From Candidatus Nezhaarchaeales archaeon (GTDB lineage Archaea > Thermoproteota > Methanomethylicia > Nezhaarchaeales > WYZ-LMO8), in NCBI GenBank assembly GCA_038887515.1, contig JAWAKK010000002.1, positions 160,001 to 224,000 on the forward strand: 64,000 nucleotides of DNA, in the 5' to 3' direction. Shown piece after piece: positions 52,274 to 61,486 of this stretch; within the stretch, counting starts at the first letter, position 1; every line of letters starts with the position of its first letter. The notes below the pieces were generated by a model, which worked only from the letters and a program-made list of their open reading frames with translations, had not been told where the DNA came from and did no database searches. Both the position numbers and the translations under genes were made by a program.

Positions 52274-52810
52274 TTAGCGGTTTACCATCATTTCTGCGTA
52301 GCTCTTAAGTATTATCTCCTTCTCGGAAATTCCTAGAACCGAGAGGATCTTCGAGATTTCATTACGCGCTCTCTCGACCTCGCTTTCATCTGTTAATATC
52401 TCAATTTCAACGAATGAACCTAGACCTTCTACGTCATCTACATTAATTGTATAGTGGTCGAAGCAAAAGCTTAACCTCCTCTTTCTAATCACTAAGCTCT
52501 CTTTAAATCCTAGGAGGTTCAGGAGCTGTACGAGATTACCAGTGTCTTTCTCTTTAACTTCTACTTCGATCTCTAAGTTCTCCTTGAAGCCGTCGCCAGC
52601 CCTCTTAGTCTTGAAGATAAGCTTAGTTCTACCATTGCTCTTCCGGAGTTTAAGGGTCTTATTGTTTCCGAATGAAGGATCGTTAATGCTAATGAAGAAC
52701 AGGTCCTCTTCCTCATAAGCCTTTTCCATTGAGTTAATCCTTCTAAGCTTCTCCAATATAAGTTGCTTCTCACGCTCGCTGACAGGTACCTTAGCTTCAA
52801 CCTCAATCAA
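52274..52810 (-). CDS. CYTH/class IV adenylate cyclase family (CyaB-like)
   Basis: EVEAK, D.VEGLGSFVEIE and SYAEM. Confidence 0.88.
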   Translation of the reverse strand: MIEVEAKVPVSEREKQLILEKLRRINSMEKAYEEEDLFFISINDPSFGNNKTLKLRKSNGRTKLIFKTKRAGDGFKENLEIEVEVKEKDTGNLVQLLNLLGFKESLVIRKRRLSFCFDHYTINVDDVEGLGSFVEIEILTDESEVERARNEISKILSVLGISEKEIILKSYAEMMVNR

Positions 52811-53067
52811 TCTAAGTTCTCCTCTACTTGATGTAGTAAAGACCATAGGGCCCCTATTTCCCTTCTACTTCTCAACACCTTAGAGAGCCTTTTGGCTTCA
52901 TCCGTTCTTCCCGACCTTTTGAGCATCTTTATTATCCTAACCAAAGCCTTAACGCCATCAGAGTTAAGTTCACCTCGGCTACTTAGGGCGTCAAGCTTGC
53001 TTAGGACATCCCTTACCGACCTCTTGACTTCAACAATGTACTTAGCGTTCTCCTTCATGTCAACCAT
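52807..53067 (-). CDS. Small hypothetical protein
   Basis: 86 aa ORF whose stop overlaps the cyaB-like start (TTGA). Confidence 0.6.
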   Translation of the reverse strand: MVDMKENAKYIVEVKRSVRDVLSKLDALSSRGELNSDGVKALVRIIKMLKRSGRTDEAKRLSKVLRSRREIGALWSLLHQVEENLD

Positions 53068-53151
53068 AAAGTTCTTCCCTTACTTGTTAGTTAAAGCTAT
53101 TTACTTCCATATAAACAATATAGACAGTTGAGAGCGTAGCGGTGGATCTAG

Positions 53152-54969
53152 TTGTGCGGGATTTTTGGTTGTACTTCGCTTAAAGAGGGCGTCTCAAAGT
53201 TAATTTACGTTTCTCTGAAAAAGCTAGAGTATAGAGGGTACGATTCTGTAGGCTTGGCAACCACGTATGGCGGGTATATATTTTTAAAGAAGGATCAAGG
53301 AAAGATAGAAGAAGTGGACAACAAGCTCCGTCTCGATACGTTGCCGGGAAGGTGCGGAATAGGACATACTCGATGGGCTACTCACGGTGCGCCTTCGAAG
53401 GAAAACGCTCATCCGCTAACGGATTGCGAAGGTAAAATAGCAGTAGCTCATAACGGAATCATAGAGAACTGTCTAGAGTTACGTAAAAAGCTAGAGCTTG
53501 AAGGTCACAAGCTCCGCTCTAGAACCGATAGTGAAATTATAGCCCATCTGGTAGAGGAACTAATTGGTAAAGGGTTTACATTAAAAGAAGCTGTTAGGCA
53601 GGCGGCGCTAAGCCTAAGGGGCTCCTCGGCCTTCGTAATCATCTCTGCGCTATTGGAGGATACTATTGTCTGTGTCAGGATGGGAAGTCCCTTGGTTATA
53701 GGTCTCTCGCACGACTTCGTGTGTTGTTCATCCGACGTGCAGGCTCTCCCTCAAGAAGTGGAAGGTATCATAATAATGAATGAAGGGGAACTTGCAGTAC
53801 TTACGCCGAAGGCGGTAATTATCGAGGATCTTGAGTCTGGACGCTCACTACCGCTCAGGACCTTGACTAAAGAAAGCATAGTTTATTCAGCTGATAGAGG
53901 AAGCTTTGCCCACTACATGATTAAAGAAATACATGAAGAGCCTCAAGTTGCGTTAAACATCATTAATGCACCCCATCAATTTGTACAGAACCTAGCTAGC
54001 GAACTCCTAAAGTCTGATAGAGTGTACTTAATTGGCTGTGGAACATCATACCACGCTTGCATCTTCGGCTCTTACGTACTGCGCTTTATGGCCGACATCG
54101 ACGCCTACCCTATAGTGGCGTCGGAGTTTAATGGTAATTACATAAATTTAAGAGGCAAAACGGCCGTGCTAGCCATATCTCAGTCCGGAGAAACGGCCGA
54201 CGTATTGCAAGTCTTGAGGTTACTTCAAGGAAAAGACGTCAAGTTGCTAGCCTTAACTAATGTTATGGGGTCTTCGATAACAAGGCTTGTTTCATCATAT
54301 GTAGGGCTCTATGCAGGCCCCGAAATGGGAGTAGCCGCTACTAAGACCTTTCTAGCTCAACTATTAATGCTCACGAGGATAAGCTTAGAGGCCGCAAAGA
54401 TCAAGGGTCTAAATAATGACATCGTTTTAGGCGCTGAACGATTCTTGATTTCCTCGCCAAGGCTTATAGGGCGAGCCGTCAAGGTCAATGAACCAATAGC
54501 GATGAGCATATCAGCGAACCTATCTTTAAAGGATAGTGCCTTCTTCTTAGCAAGAGGCGTGAACATAGTCACAGCCCTTGAAGGAGCCTTAAAACTTAAA
54601 GAGATAAGCTATGTTCATGCTGAGGGCTATCCTGCCGGAGAGTCTAAGCATGGTCCAATAGCTCTCGTAGACAAGGGCTTTCCATGCATTTTCATTTGCC
54701 CCCGCGACGAGACTTACGGTAAGATTGTAGGCAATATAATGGAGATGAAAGCTAGGGGCGCCTTCACAATTTCATGCGTAGAAGAAGGTGATAAGGAGGT
54801 TAAGGAGATTTCAGATAAAATTTTCGTACTTCCCGAGGTAGACGTTAAAATATTAACACCCATACTTCACGTAATACCACTCCAACTTCTAGCTTATTAC
54901 GTTGCCGTTGCAAGAGGATATGATCCCGATAAGCCTCGAAACCTCGCTAAATCTGTTACAGTCCCTTAA
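53152..54969 (+). CDS. glmS: Glutamine-fructose-6-phosphate aminotransferase
   Basis: CGIFG, LEYRGYDS, GHTRWATHG, SQSGET and PRNLAKSVT. Confidence 0.96.
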   Translation: MCGIFGCTSLKEGVSKLIYVSLKKLEYRGYDSVGLATTYGGYIFLKKDQGKIEEVDNKLRLDTLPGRCGIGHTRWATHGAPSKENAHPLTDCEGKIAVAHNGIIENCLELRKKLELEGHKLRSRTDSEIIAHLVEELIGKGFTLKEAVRQAALSLRGSSAFVIISALLEDTIVCVRMGSPLVIGLSHDFVCCSSDVQALPQEVEGIIIMNEGELAVLTPKAVIIEDLESGRSLPLRTLTKESIVYSADRGSFAHYMIKEIHEEPQVALNIINAPHQFVQNLASELLKSDRVYLIGCGTSYHACIFGSYVLRFMADIDAYPIVASEFNGNYINLRGKTAVLAISQSGETADVLQVLRLLQGKDVKLLALTNVMGSSITRLVSSYVGLYAGPEMGVAATKTFLAQLLMLTRISLEAAKIKGLNNDIVLGAERFLISSPRLIGRAVKVNEPIAMSISANLSLKDSAFFLARGVNIVTALEGALKLKEISYVHAEGYPAGESKHGPIALVDKGFPCIFICPRDETYGKIVGNIMEMKARGAFTISCVEEGDKEVKEISDKIFVLPEVDVKILTPILHVIPLQLLAYYVAVARGYDPDKPRNLAKSVTVP

Positions 54970-55983
54970 GCCTTCTTAGATCTATTGTATCGAAGACCTC
55001 TGGACCGGTGCTGATTATTGTTATTGGAATCTTTAGTTCTTCTTCAACGTTCTCTATCCATTCCTTAGCTTCACGTGGTAGCTTATCGTATTCTCTAACT
55101 CGTGAAGCTCCGGGGAAGAGCGTGTCTATCCTGGTTATGGCTATTTGGGTTGCGCTGTTAGCCATGACAGCCCTTTTGGCTAATTCAAAGTTAAATGGTG
55201 CAACCCTCCTCTTCCTCCCAGTCACGGTTGCAACTTCTATGAGCCCTAGCCTTTGAGCCTCTTCTTCTGAAAGTTCGCCGGGTAGTGGTCCGCTTCCAAC
55301 CCTAGTCACATAAGATTTAAAGACTACAATAACCTCGTCGACCATCTTAGGACCTATACCCACCTCACTGCAGACGGCTGAAGCAGTTGTATCGCGACTT
55401 GTGACATAAGGATAAGTCCCGTGGTAAAGAGATAGATAGTACCCCTGGGTCCCCTCAAGGAGCACGTTATGACCTTGATCAAGTGCCCTCCATACTAGTG
55501 TAGGCACATCATCAAGATAATCCCTTAGTTCTCCTACATCGCGAGCGAGCCTAGCCACCCTCCTGACTCTATCAACTATTGCGGCTCCAACGCCTTGGCC
55601 CGTCGATCCTATCTTGGACATTAAGTGTTCATCTTCCCGCTCCCTCTTTACATGTTCTTCTTCGATTATGGAGGCTTGTGGGTCTATCTTCAACCTGTCT
55701 TTAGCTTTAGTGAGTTCAAGCTCCCTCATTAAAACGTCGATTCTCAAATTGGCTCCAGCCGCTATGCATAATTCGGCTCGAGGGTTTACAAACCCGCAAG
55801 GTATAATCCTCAACTTGTATTCCTTGTTATTGTACATTACAGTGTGGCCTGCGTTAACCGACCCTGTTCTAACAGCTACTCTGACGTCATCTTTAAGTGC
55901 CAAGTAGGCACATACTTTTCCTTCTAGGGGGCTAAAGCCTTTCCCTCGTCCCCGAAAAAGCCTCCTACAACTACCGTCAGCAA
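54956..55983 (-). CDS. purA: Adenylosuccinate synthetase, split by a 17-nt intron; join(55983..55941, 55923..54956), 336 aa
   Basis: Spliced N-terminus MLTVVVGGFFGDEGKGKVCAYLA restores the GDEGKG motif; also NAGHT, EGTQG, YPYVTSRDT and TVTGRKRR. Confidence 0.93.
55924..55940 (-). other. BHB-type mRNA intron in purA (AGGCUUUAGCCCCCUAG)
   Basis: AGGG/CCCU 4-bp helix, bulges AA^A and AG^A, inner hairpin GGC-UUUA-GCC; removal restores frame and motif. Confidence 0.88.
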
Positions 55984-57074
55984 GCCTCTAACCCCCAGAA
56001 TGGTCCTAAAACCTTATCGTAAACTTCTTTTATAACTCTTAGACCGCTTTTCTTCACACTCTCCGACGAGGTTGTGCTGCCTTCTTCAATTATAGGCAAG
56101 TCTATAAGGTACGCAATTATATCGTACACTCCTCTTGCAAGGCCCGGGCCATATCCTCCTTCAAGCACGAACATTATCTTTTTCGTCACACATTCATCCA
56201 TCATTTTCTTGACGAACTTGGCTACCTTTAGGAAGGAGTTTAATGAAAGGTTCATCGATGTTATCGGGTCATCCTTGTGGGCATCAAATCCGGCTGATAA
56301 CAATAACACTTCCGGTCTATACTCTCTAACGACCCTTTCTACAACTTTATCTAGCGCTACTTCGTAGAGGTCGTCACCTGTAAAAGGAGGTAGCGGAACA
56401 TTAATGTTAAAACCTTTCCCCTCTCCTTCACCGACTTCATCAACAAACCCTGTACCGGGATATGCTGTCCTTCCATCTTGATGCGTACTTATATAGAGAA
56501 CGTTATTGTAGCTGTAGAAAATCTCTTGAGTACCATTTCCGTGGTGACAATCAAAGTCGAAGATTGCTACCTTCTTAAACCCGTACTTGTCGAGTAAATG
56601 CGTTGCTGCTATAGCGATATTGTTAAATATGCAAAAACCTAATGTCGGAGCCCCTAAAGCTGCCCCACTCCTACCGGCGTGGTGTCCTGGAGGCCTCTCT
56701 AAGGTGAAGCAGAAGTCGAAGCCTTCTTCTATCAGTTTCTTGCATCCTAATACTGCTGAACCAGCAGCATAAAGTGCGACTTCAAAACTATCCTTTGATA
56801 CGGGCGTATCCGGATCAAGGTACCTCTTGCCATCTGTAATGGTTCTATCTACCCACTTAATGTAATCAATGTCGTGAACTGCAGCTACTTCTTCTATCGA
56901 TGCCTTAATTGCTCTTTCAACCTTAACTTTAGATAGTACCCCTCTCCCCTTTAGCTCATTAATGACTTCAATGAGCCTTTGCGGCCTCTCAGGATGATGA
57001 GGACCCGTGTCATGCCTCAAAAACACATCATCATATATTATGCAGAGTTTAGAAGTCATTAGTCGAAACACCAC
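55977..57074 (-). CDS. Histone deacetylase-family protein
   Basis: HPERPQR, RPPGHHA, GFCIFNN, DCHHGNGTQ and LEGGY. Confidence 0.93.
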   Translation of the reverse strand: MVFRLMTSKLCIIYDDVFLRHDTGPHHPERPQRLIEVINELKGRGVLSKVKVERAIKASIEEVAAVHDIDYIKWVDRTITDGKRYLDPDTPVSKDSFEVALYAAGSAVLGCKKLIEEGFDFCFTLERPPGHHAGRSGAALGAPTLGFCIFNNIAIAATHLLDKYGFKKVAIFDFDCHHGNGTQEIFYSYNNVLYISTHQDGRTAYPGTGFVDEVGEGEGKGFNINVPLPPFTGDDLYEVALDKVVERVVREYRPEVLLLSAGFDAHKDDPITSMNLSLNSFLKVAKFVKKMMDECVTKKIMFVLEGGYGPGLARGVYDIIAYLIDLPIIEEGSTTSSESVKKSGLRVIKEVYDKVLGPFWGLEAC

Positions 57075-57137
57075 TCGTTTTTAAGCTTTAAACTTTAAAT
57101 AATCTTTTCACATCATTGAGAAGTTGGTGCAAATGAG

Positions 57138-57770
57138 TTGAGCTCTAGAGTTGAACTAAAACCTACGCGAATGGAGCTAATAAATTTAAGGCGTAGAAAG
57201 AGACTCGCCGAAAGAGGTCTTACTCTTCTTAAAGAGAAGCGCGACGCCCTAGTTATGGAGCTGTTGTCATTGGCCAAGGAATACCAGAATGTCATGCTCG
57301 AAGTAAGGGAGAAAATGGAGAAGGCATTAAGCTACCTTGCGCTGGCTAGGGCTGATGTAGGCGTATTTAAACTTAACGAGATAATAGCTACTTTGCGGTC
57401 TCAAGTAGCCATAGAAATTAGGACGAGAAGCATAATGGGGGTCACGACGCCTATGTTTAAAGTTGTACAGAAGGTGGAGACAGACGTTCCGCCATATAGT
57501 CTTCCAAGCACCACTACCTACATAGATGAAGCCGCTAAAGCCTTCAGGGAGTTATTTGTAACGATAATAAGGCTTGCAGAGATTCAAGCAGTAGCCAAAA
57601 GAATAGCTGAAGAGGTCGAAAAAGCCAAGAGGAGGGTCAATGCCCTTGAGCACGTTGTTATACCTATGATCGAGAAAAATATCAAGTTCATAGAACTCTA
57701 TCTAGATGAGCGGGCTCGCGAAGATATTTTTAGGTTAAGGCTTCTCAAGAAGAAGCGTGTAAAGAAGTAG
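57138..57770 (+). CDS. atpD: A/V-type ATP synthase subunit D
   Basis: KPTRMEL, LLKEKRDAL and KRRVNALEHVVIP. Confidence 0.93.
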   Translation: MSSRVELKPTRMELINLRRRKRLAERGLTLLKEKRDALVMELLSLAKEYQNVMLEVREKMEKALSYLALARADVGVFKLNEIIATLRSQVAIEIRTRSIMGVTTPMFKVVQKVETDVPPYSLPSTTTYIDEAAKAFRELFVTIIRLAEIQAVAKRIAEEVEKAKRRVNALEHVVIPMIEKNIKFIELYLDERAREDIFRLRLLKKKRVKK

Positions 57771-57776
57771 TTTTTC

Positions 57777-58139
57777 CTACTTGCTCCTCAGGTACAATAT
57801 TGCTCGTGCTAGATCGCCCTTGGTCGCTTTCAATGCCTTTCTAGCCTCTTCAAGACTTACGCCAGCTTGAGATGCAACTAATTGAACGTCCTCCTCTTGT
57901 ATATTCGGCTCCTCTTCAAGTACTAGAGCTCTTTCTTCAACTTCGCCCGTCACTTGGAAAACCGTTTGATCCCCCACCTTCATGCTAGTAACCTGAGGTT
58001 TCCTTACGACCAGCTCTCTATCTCGAAATTTAAATACGACGCTCTCAACGCCTTCGAGCTGTTCAACTGATATTCCAGCCTTCTTAACTGCTTGCAACAT
58101 CCTCTGTAGCTCTCTCGGGCTTATCCCCCTCACCTTCAA
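57777..58139 (-). CDS. nac: Nascent polypeptide-associated complex protein
   Basis: NAC domain plus UBA domain EDVQLVASQAGVS...GDLARAI. Confidence 0.9.
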   Translation of the reverse strand: MKVRGISPRELQRMLQAVKKAGISVEQLEGVESVVFKFRDRELVVRKPQVTSMKVGDQTVFQVTGEVEERALVLEEEPNIQEEDVQLVASQAGVSLEEARKALKATKGDLARAILYLRSK

Positions 58140-58611
58140 TCCCCCTCCTAATTTTCACTGCCACGCCTAAATTAAATGCTAGCATTTCGTAACCAGATAG
58201 TATGGCTCGGCCAACAGCCAACAGATCGTCTCTTTCGTCAACTACGAGGACCTCGTCGCCACATCGAATTTCTGGGTCAACTCTAATTACATGCTTCGCA
58301 AAAACGCTCTTCCCTTTTTTTATGAAATCTTTCACTTCCTCTTTAACGACTACCCTAAGCTTGGGTGGAGGGAAGTGCTTCAATAGGAGCTTAGCCCCCT
58401 CAATCGTTAGTGCCAAGAACCCGTCATTCCATCTAACTGTTGCTAGGAGCCTTCCTTCAGAGTCGTATACGTATCGTGGTTTTCCAGTCCTCTTTGAGAC
58501 CTCCACTCTAAGTCCTCTTGAAGCCAGCGCTTCGCCAGCTCCAGCTCCGAACTGGTAATCGGCACGCATCTTCACCGATTCCACTAAAATTTTCTCGCTT
58601 AAGCAGGCCAC
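58084..58611 (-). CDS. PUA-domain protein (archaeosine TGT C-terminal-like)
   Basis: ADYQFGAG, GKSVFAKHV and GVAVKIRRG. Confidence 0.85.
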   Translation of the reverse strand: MACLSEKILVESVKMRADYQFGAGAGEALASRGLRVEVSKRTGKPRYVYDSEGRLLATVRWNDGFLALTIEGAKLLLKHFPPPKLRVVVKEEVKDFIKKGKSVFAKHVIRVDPEIRCGDEVLVVDERDDLLAVGRAILSGYEMLAFNLGVAVKIRRGIEGEGDKPERATEDVASS

Positions 58612-58666
58612 AATACATTTTAGCTTAAAGTTGTAGATTAATATCTAGCGTTGCGAGGTTTAGAAA

Positions 58667-59134
58667 ATGTTGTGCGAGCTTTGTGGCAAACCAGTAATGG
58701 GGAAACCAGTTAAAGTTTGGATTGAAGGGGCGCAATTAACGGTTTGTCAACGATGTTCCCGCTATGGTTCTATCGTGAAAACCGGGACCGCAACTACTGT
58801 CCGTCCACAGGTTCAATTGAAGCGTAGAGGGGTAAAACTAGGCGTCGAGAACCTAGTTTTGGTTAATAATTACAGTGCCCTCATCCGTCAAGCGAGGGAG
58901 AGCATGGGCTTAACGCAAGCCGATTTAGCGCGTTTGATAGGCGAGAAAGAGTCCATAATACGTAGACTTGAGGGTGGTCGTATGGCTCCTACACTGGAGC
59001 TTGCTAGAAAGCTCGAGAAGCAATTGAAGATAAGGCTATACGAAGAGGTACACGAAACCCAAGAAGTGCCTAGGCCTCAGAGCTTTCAGCTAACTTTAGG
59101 TGATGTAGCAGTAATAAAGGAACGGAACGAGTAA
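58667..59134 (+). CDS. mbf1: Multiprotein bridging factor aMBF1
   Basis: CELCG...C..C Zn ribbon, HTH and TLGD. Confidence 0.92.
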   Translation: MLCELCGKPVMGKPVKVWIEGAQLTVCQRCSRYGSIVKTGTATTVRPQVQLKRRGVKLGVENLVLVNNYSALIRQARESMGLTQADLARLIGEKESIIRRLEGGRMAPTLELARKLEKQLKIRLYEEVHETQEVPRPQSFQLTLGDVAVIKERNE

Positions 59135-59152
59135 ACCCCCTTTATCTGCCAA

Positions 59153-60262
59153 CTAGAATTGTTGTTCAACAATTTCAACTTTCTCGATTATTTTTTTAAG
59201 AAGGAAGCTTACGTTGACGCCCTTCCTAGCGCTGATGGGCACGATGTCGCATTGAGGTGCCAAGTCCTTTATTAATTTTAACGATTTTTCAAGTCGTGAA
59301 TCTCCTATTAAGTCTATCTTGTTGGCAGCTATTATTACGGGCTTGTTGTCGCCTGCTATCTCAGAGATTATCGACAGCGAAGTCGTAAGCTTCCTCTCAA
59401 TTTTTGAGGCAGTCTCGGAAGAATCTATCAACAACGTTACTACGTCAGAGAGCCTTAACTCTACAAGCGTTGCGTGGAACGCATCAAGTATTAAGTGCGG
59501 CATTTCATCGATGAATCCGAGAGAATCTACAACTATGAAGTCCTTACCTTGTGCATTAACTCTCCTAGCGCAAGTCTCGAGTGTTGTGAAGGGCCCGAGA
59601 CCCGTCACCTTGCCCTCCTTAGTTAGGAGGTTAAATAAGGTGGTCTTACCCGACTGAGTGTAACCCGTTAATGTAACTATCGGTAAACTTATCTCCTTAC
59701 GTTGAAAGACTAATTTTTCCTGCCTCTTCTTCAATTCTTCCAGCTTATCTTCTATAAGTTTGATTCTCCTTCGGGCAAAGGAAAGGTAAGCCTTATAAGG
59801 ATAGCCTCCAAGCGACCCGAAACCCATTTTCTCGCTACCAAAGCCCTTTAACCTGACGAGCTCTCGAGCCCAAGGCAATGTATACCTTAGCCTAGCGAGC
59901 TCTATCTGAAGCTTTGCCTCCGAAGTAGAAGCCCTCTTATCGAAGATGTCCAGGATCAACAGTACCCTATCCAAGATGTTCACATCGAGGCCTAACTCCT
60001 TTTGTAGCCTAAAGTATTGTCCGGGCTTTAATTCGTTAGCGAAAACTACGGTCTTTACGCCATACCTTTTTAGCCTTTCCTTTAGTTCCTGAAGCTTTCC
60101 CGGTCCTATTAGGAACCCAGCGTGAGGCCTTTCCCTTATCTGGATTACCTTGTCGACAACTATGAAGCCTCTGTTCCTCGCTAGCTCCTCGACTTCCTGA
60201 AGCCTGAAGTCATCATTTCTCTGGAAAACTCCAATGATTATAGTCTTCTCCAAGTCCGTCAC
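59153..60262 (-). CDS. hflX: GTPase HflX
   Basis: EAKLQIELARLRY, GYTQSGKTT, DSLGF, NKID and ISA. Confidence 0.9.
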   Translation of the reverse strand: MTDLEKTIIIGVFQRNDDFRLQEVEELARNRGFIVVDKVIQIRERPHAGFLIGPGKLQELKERLKRYGVKTVVFANELKPGQYFRLQKELGLDVNILDRVLLILDIFDKRASTSEAKLQIELARLRYTLPWARELVRLKGFGSEKMGFGSLGGYPYKAYLSFARRRIKLIEDKLEELKKRQEKLVFQRKEISLPIVTLTGYTQSGKTTLFNLLTKEGKVTGLGPFTTLETCARRVNAQGKDFIVVDSLGFIDEMPHLILDAFHATLVELRLSDVVTLLIDSSETASKIERKLTTSLSIISEIAGDNKPVIIAANKIDLIGDSRLEKSLKLIKDLAPQCDIVPISARKGVNVSFLLKKIIEKVEIVEQQF

Positions 60263-60792
60263 CTTAAGATCTTGACCTTTTTGCCTCTAGGGCTGGGTTC
60301 GATTTCAATCCTTCCACCCTCAAACTTGAAGTTAAATTCTACTCCATTGTAGAACCAGTCGAGAAACACGGCTACAGCTGCTACTTCGCTATGTGGTTGA
60401 TTTGTTACGGAAACGTTAAAGTCTGCTACTTCGTAGAAGTATTTAGGGACTTTAGGCCCTCCAACAAGCACCATTAGCCTTTCCTTACGTCTAATCTCCT
60501 CTATGATTTGGGGGAGGGGGATGCCGTACATGGTTAAATGTACTATGCAGAAGCCCTCTTCCTTCGCCCCCTTTATGACTTTGTTAATATCGATCCCGGT
60601 CTTCACTACAAATTCTCCGCCGAACATTCTATTTACTTGAATAACCTTCTGCTCCAACTTTTCATCTTTCCCATCAAACCATATCTCGCGGGCCCCAAAA
60701 GCTCTAGCGACAAGCGCCAAGTGCGTACTAACTCTTTTATCTCGAAGGGGTCTATGACCATACCTTACTATCACTATTTTTGGTCGGCACAT
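60259..60792 (-). CDS. trm56: tRNA (C56-2'-O)-methyltransferase
   Basis: GHRP.RDKRVSTH, HLTMYG and NQPHSEVAA. Confidence 0.93.
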   Translation of the reverse strand: MCRPKIVIVRYGHRPLRDKRVSTHLALVARAFGAREIWFDGKDEKLEQKVIQVNRMFGGEFVVKTGIDINKVIKGAKEEGFCIVHLTMYGIPLPQIIEEIRRKERLMVLVGGPKVPKYFYEVADFNVSVTNQPHSEVAAVAVFLDWFYNGVEFNFKFEGGRIEIEPSPRGKKVKILR

Positions 60793-60860
60793 CGGTTATT
60801 AATTTAATAAGCATTTTTTTAAACTTGCTAGGGGCATTATACCTGGGTGGCAGAGAATTC

Positions 60861-61388
60861 ATGGTTTCGGAGCCCTCAGAGCAATACGATAAAGAGTTGA
60901 CAAACGTACTATTGAAGCTGATTGCAGTACTTTGTGGCAAAGACGCCATCGAAGTAGTCAAAGTGTTACTTAACGAGAAGGAGATGAGTGACGAGATACT
61001 AGCCGAGAAAACGGGTATGAGACTTAACCAAGTTCGACGAATCCTCTACGACCTTCTGGACAAGCACGTCGTGACTTACCAGAGAGGGATAGATGAAGAA
61101 AGGGGTTATTACGTGTACACTTGGTCTCTGAATAGGGACGGCCTAAAGGAGATAGTGAAGGAGAGAAAGAGGCTAGTCTTAGAGAGACTGCGCGAGAGAA
61201 TTCGATACGAGGAGCAGAACATGTTCTTCGTTTGTCCCAACAGTTGTACTGGTAGGATGCCCTTTGATAAGGCTTTGGATCAACAGTTTAAATGCTTGCG
61301 TTGTGGCGCAGTACTGCAAAGCTTCGATAACACCAAGATGATTGAGAAGTTAAGGGCAAAAATAGAGGCGTTAGAGAAGGATCCTTAA
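60861..61388 (+). CDS. tfe: Transcription factor E (TFE-alpha)
   Basis: wHTH (VRRILY.L...Y.W) plus Zn ribbon F.C..CG. Confidence 0.9.
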   Translation: MVSEPSEQYDKELTNVLLKLIAVLCGKDAIEVVKVLLNEKEMSDEILAEKTGMRLNQVRRILYDLLDKHVVTYQRGIDEERGYYVYTWSLNRDGLKEIVKERKRLVLERLRERIRYEEQNMFFVCPNSCTGRMPFDKALDQQFKCLRCGAVLQSFDNTKMIEKLRAKIEALEKDP

Positions 61389-61486
61389 GCGTAGTTACGA
61401 TGTAGAGTTACCTCCTAGAGAGCTTAAAGGACAAGATACGTAAGTTTTATCTTACCTTAGGGGTAGAACCAATCCTTGTGGGTTTT

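Noticed and set aside
56640-56690. Extra residues GRSGAALGAPTL in the HDAC as a possible in-frame intron
   Set aside because: No BHB geometry found, and as I recall similar loops occur in other archaeal HDAC-family proteins
61452-61467. Hairpin TACCTTAGGGGTA upstream of pyrG sharing CCTTAGGGG with intron 1
   Set aside because: No flanking 4-bp helix with 3-nt bulges, it is non-coding, and a 9-nt match may be chance
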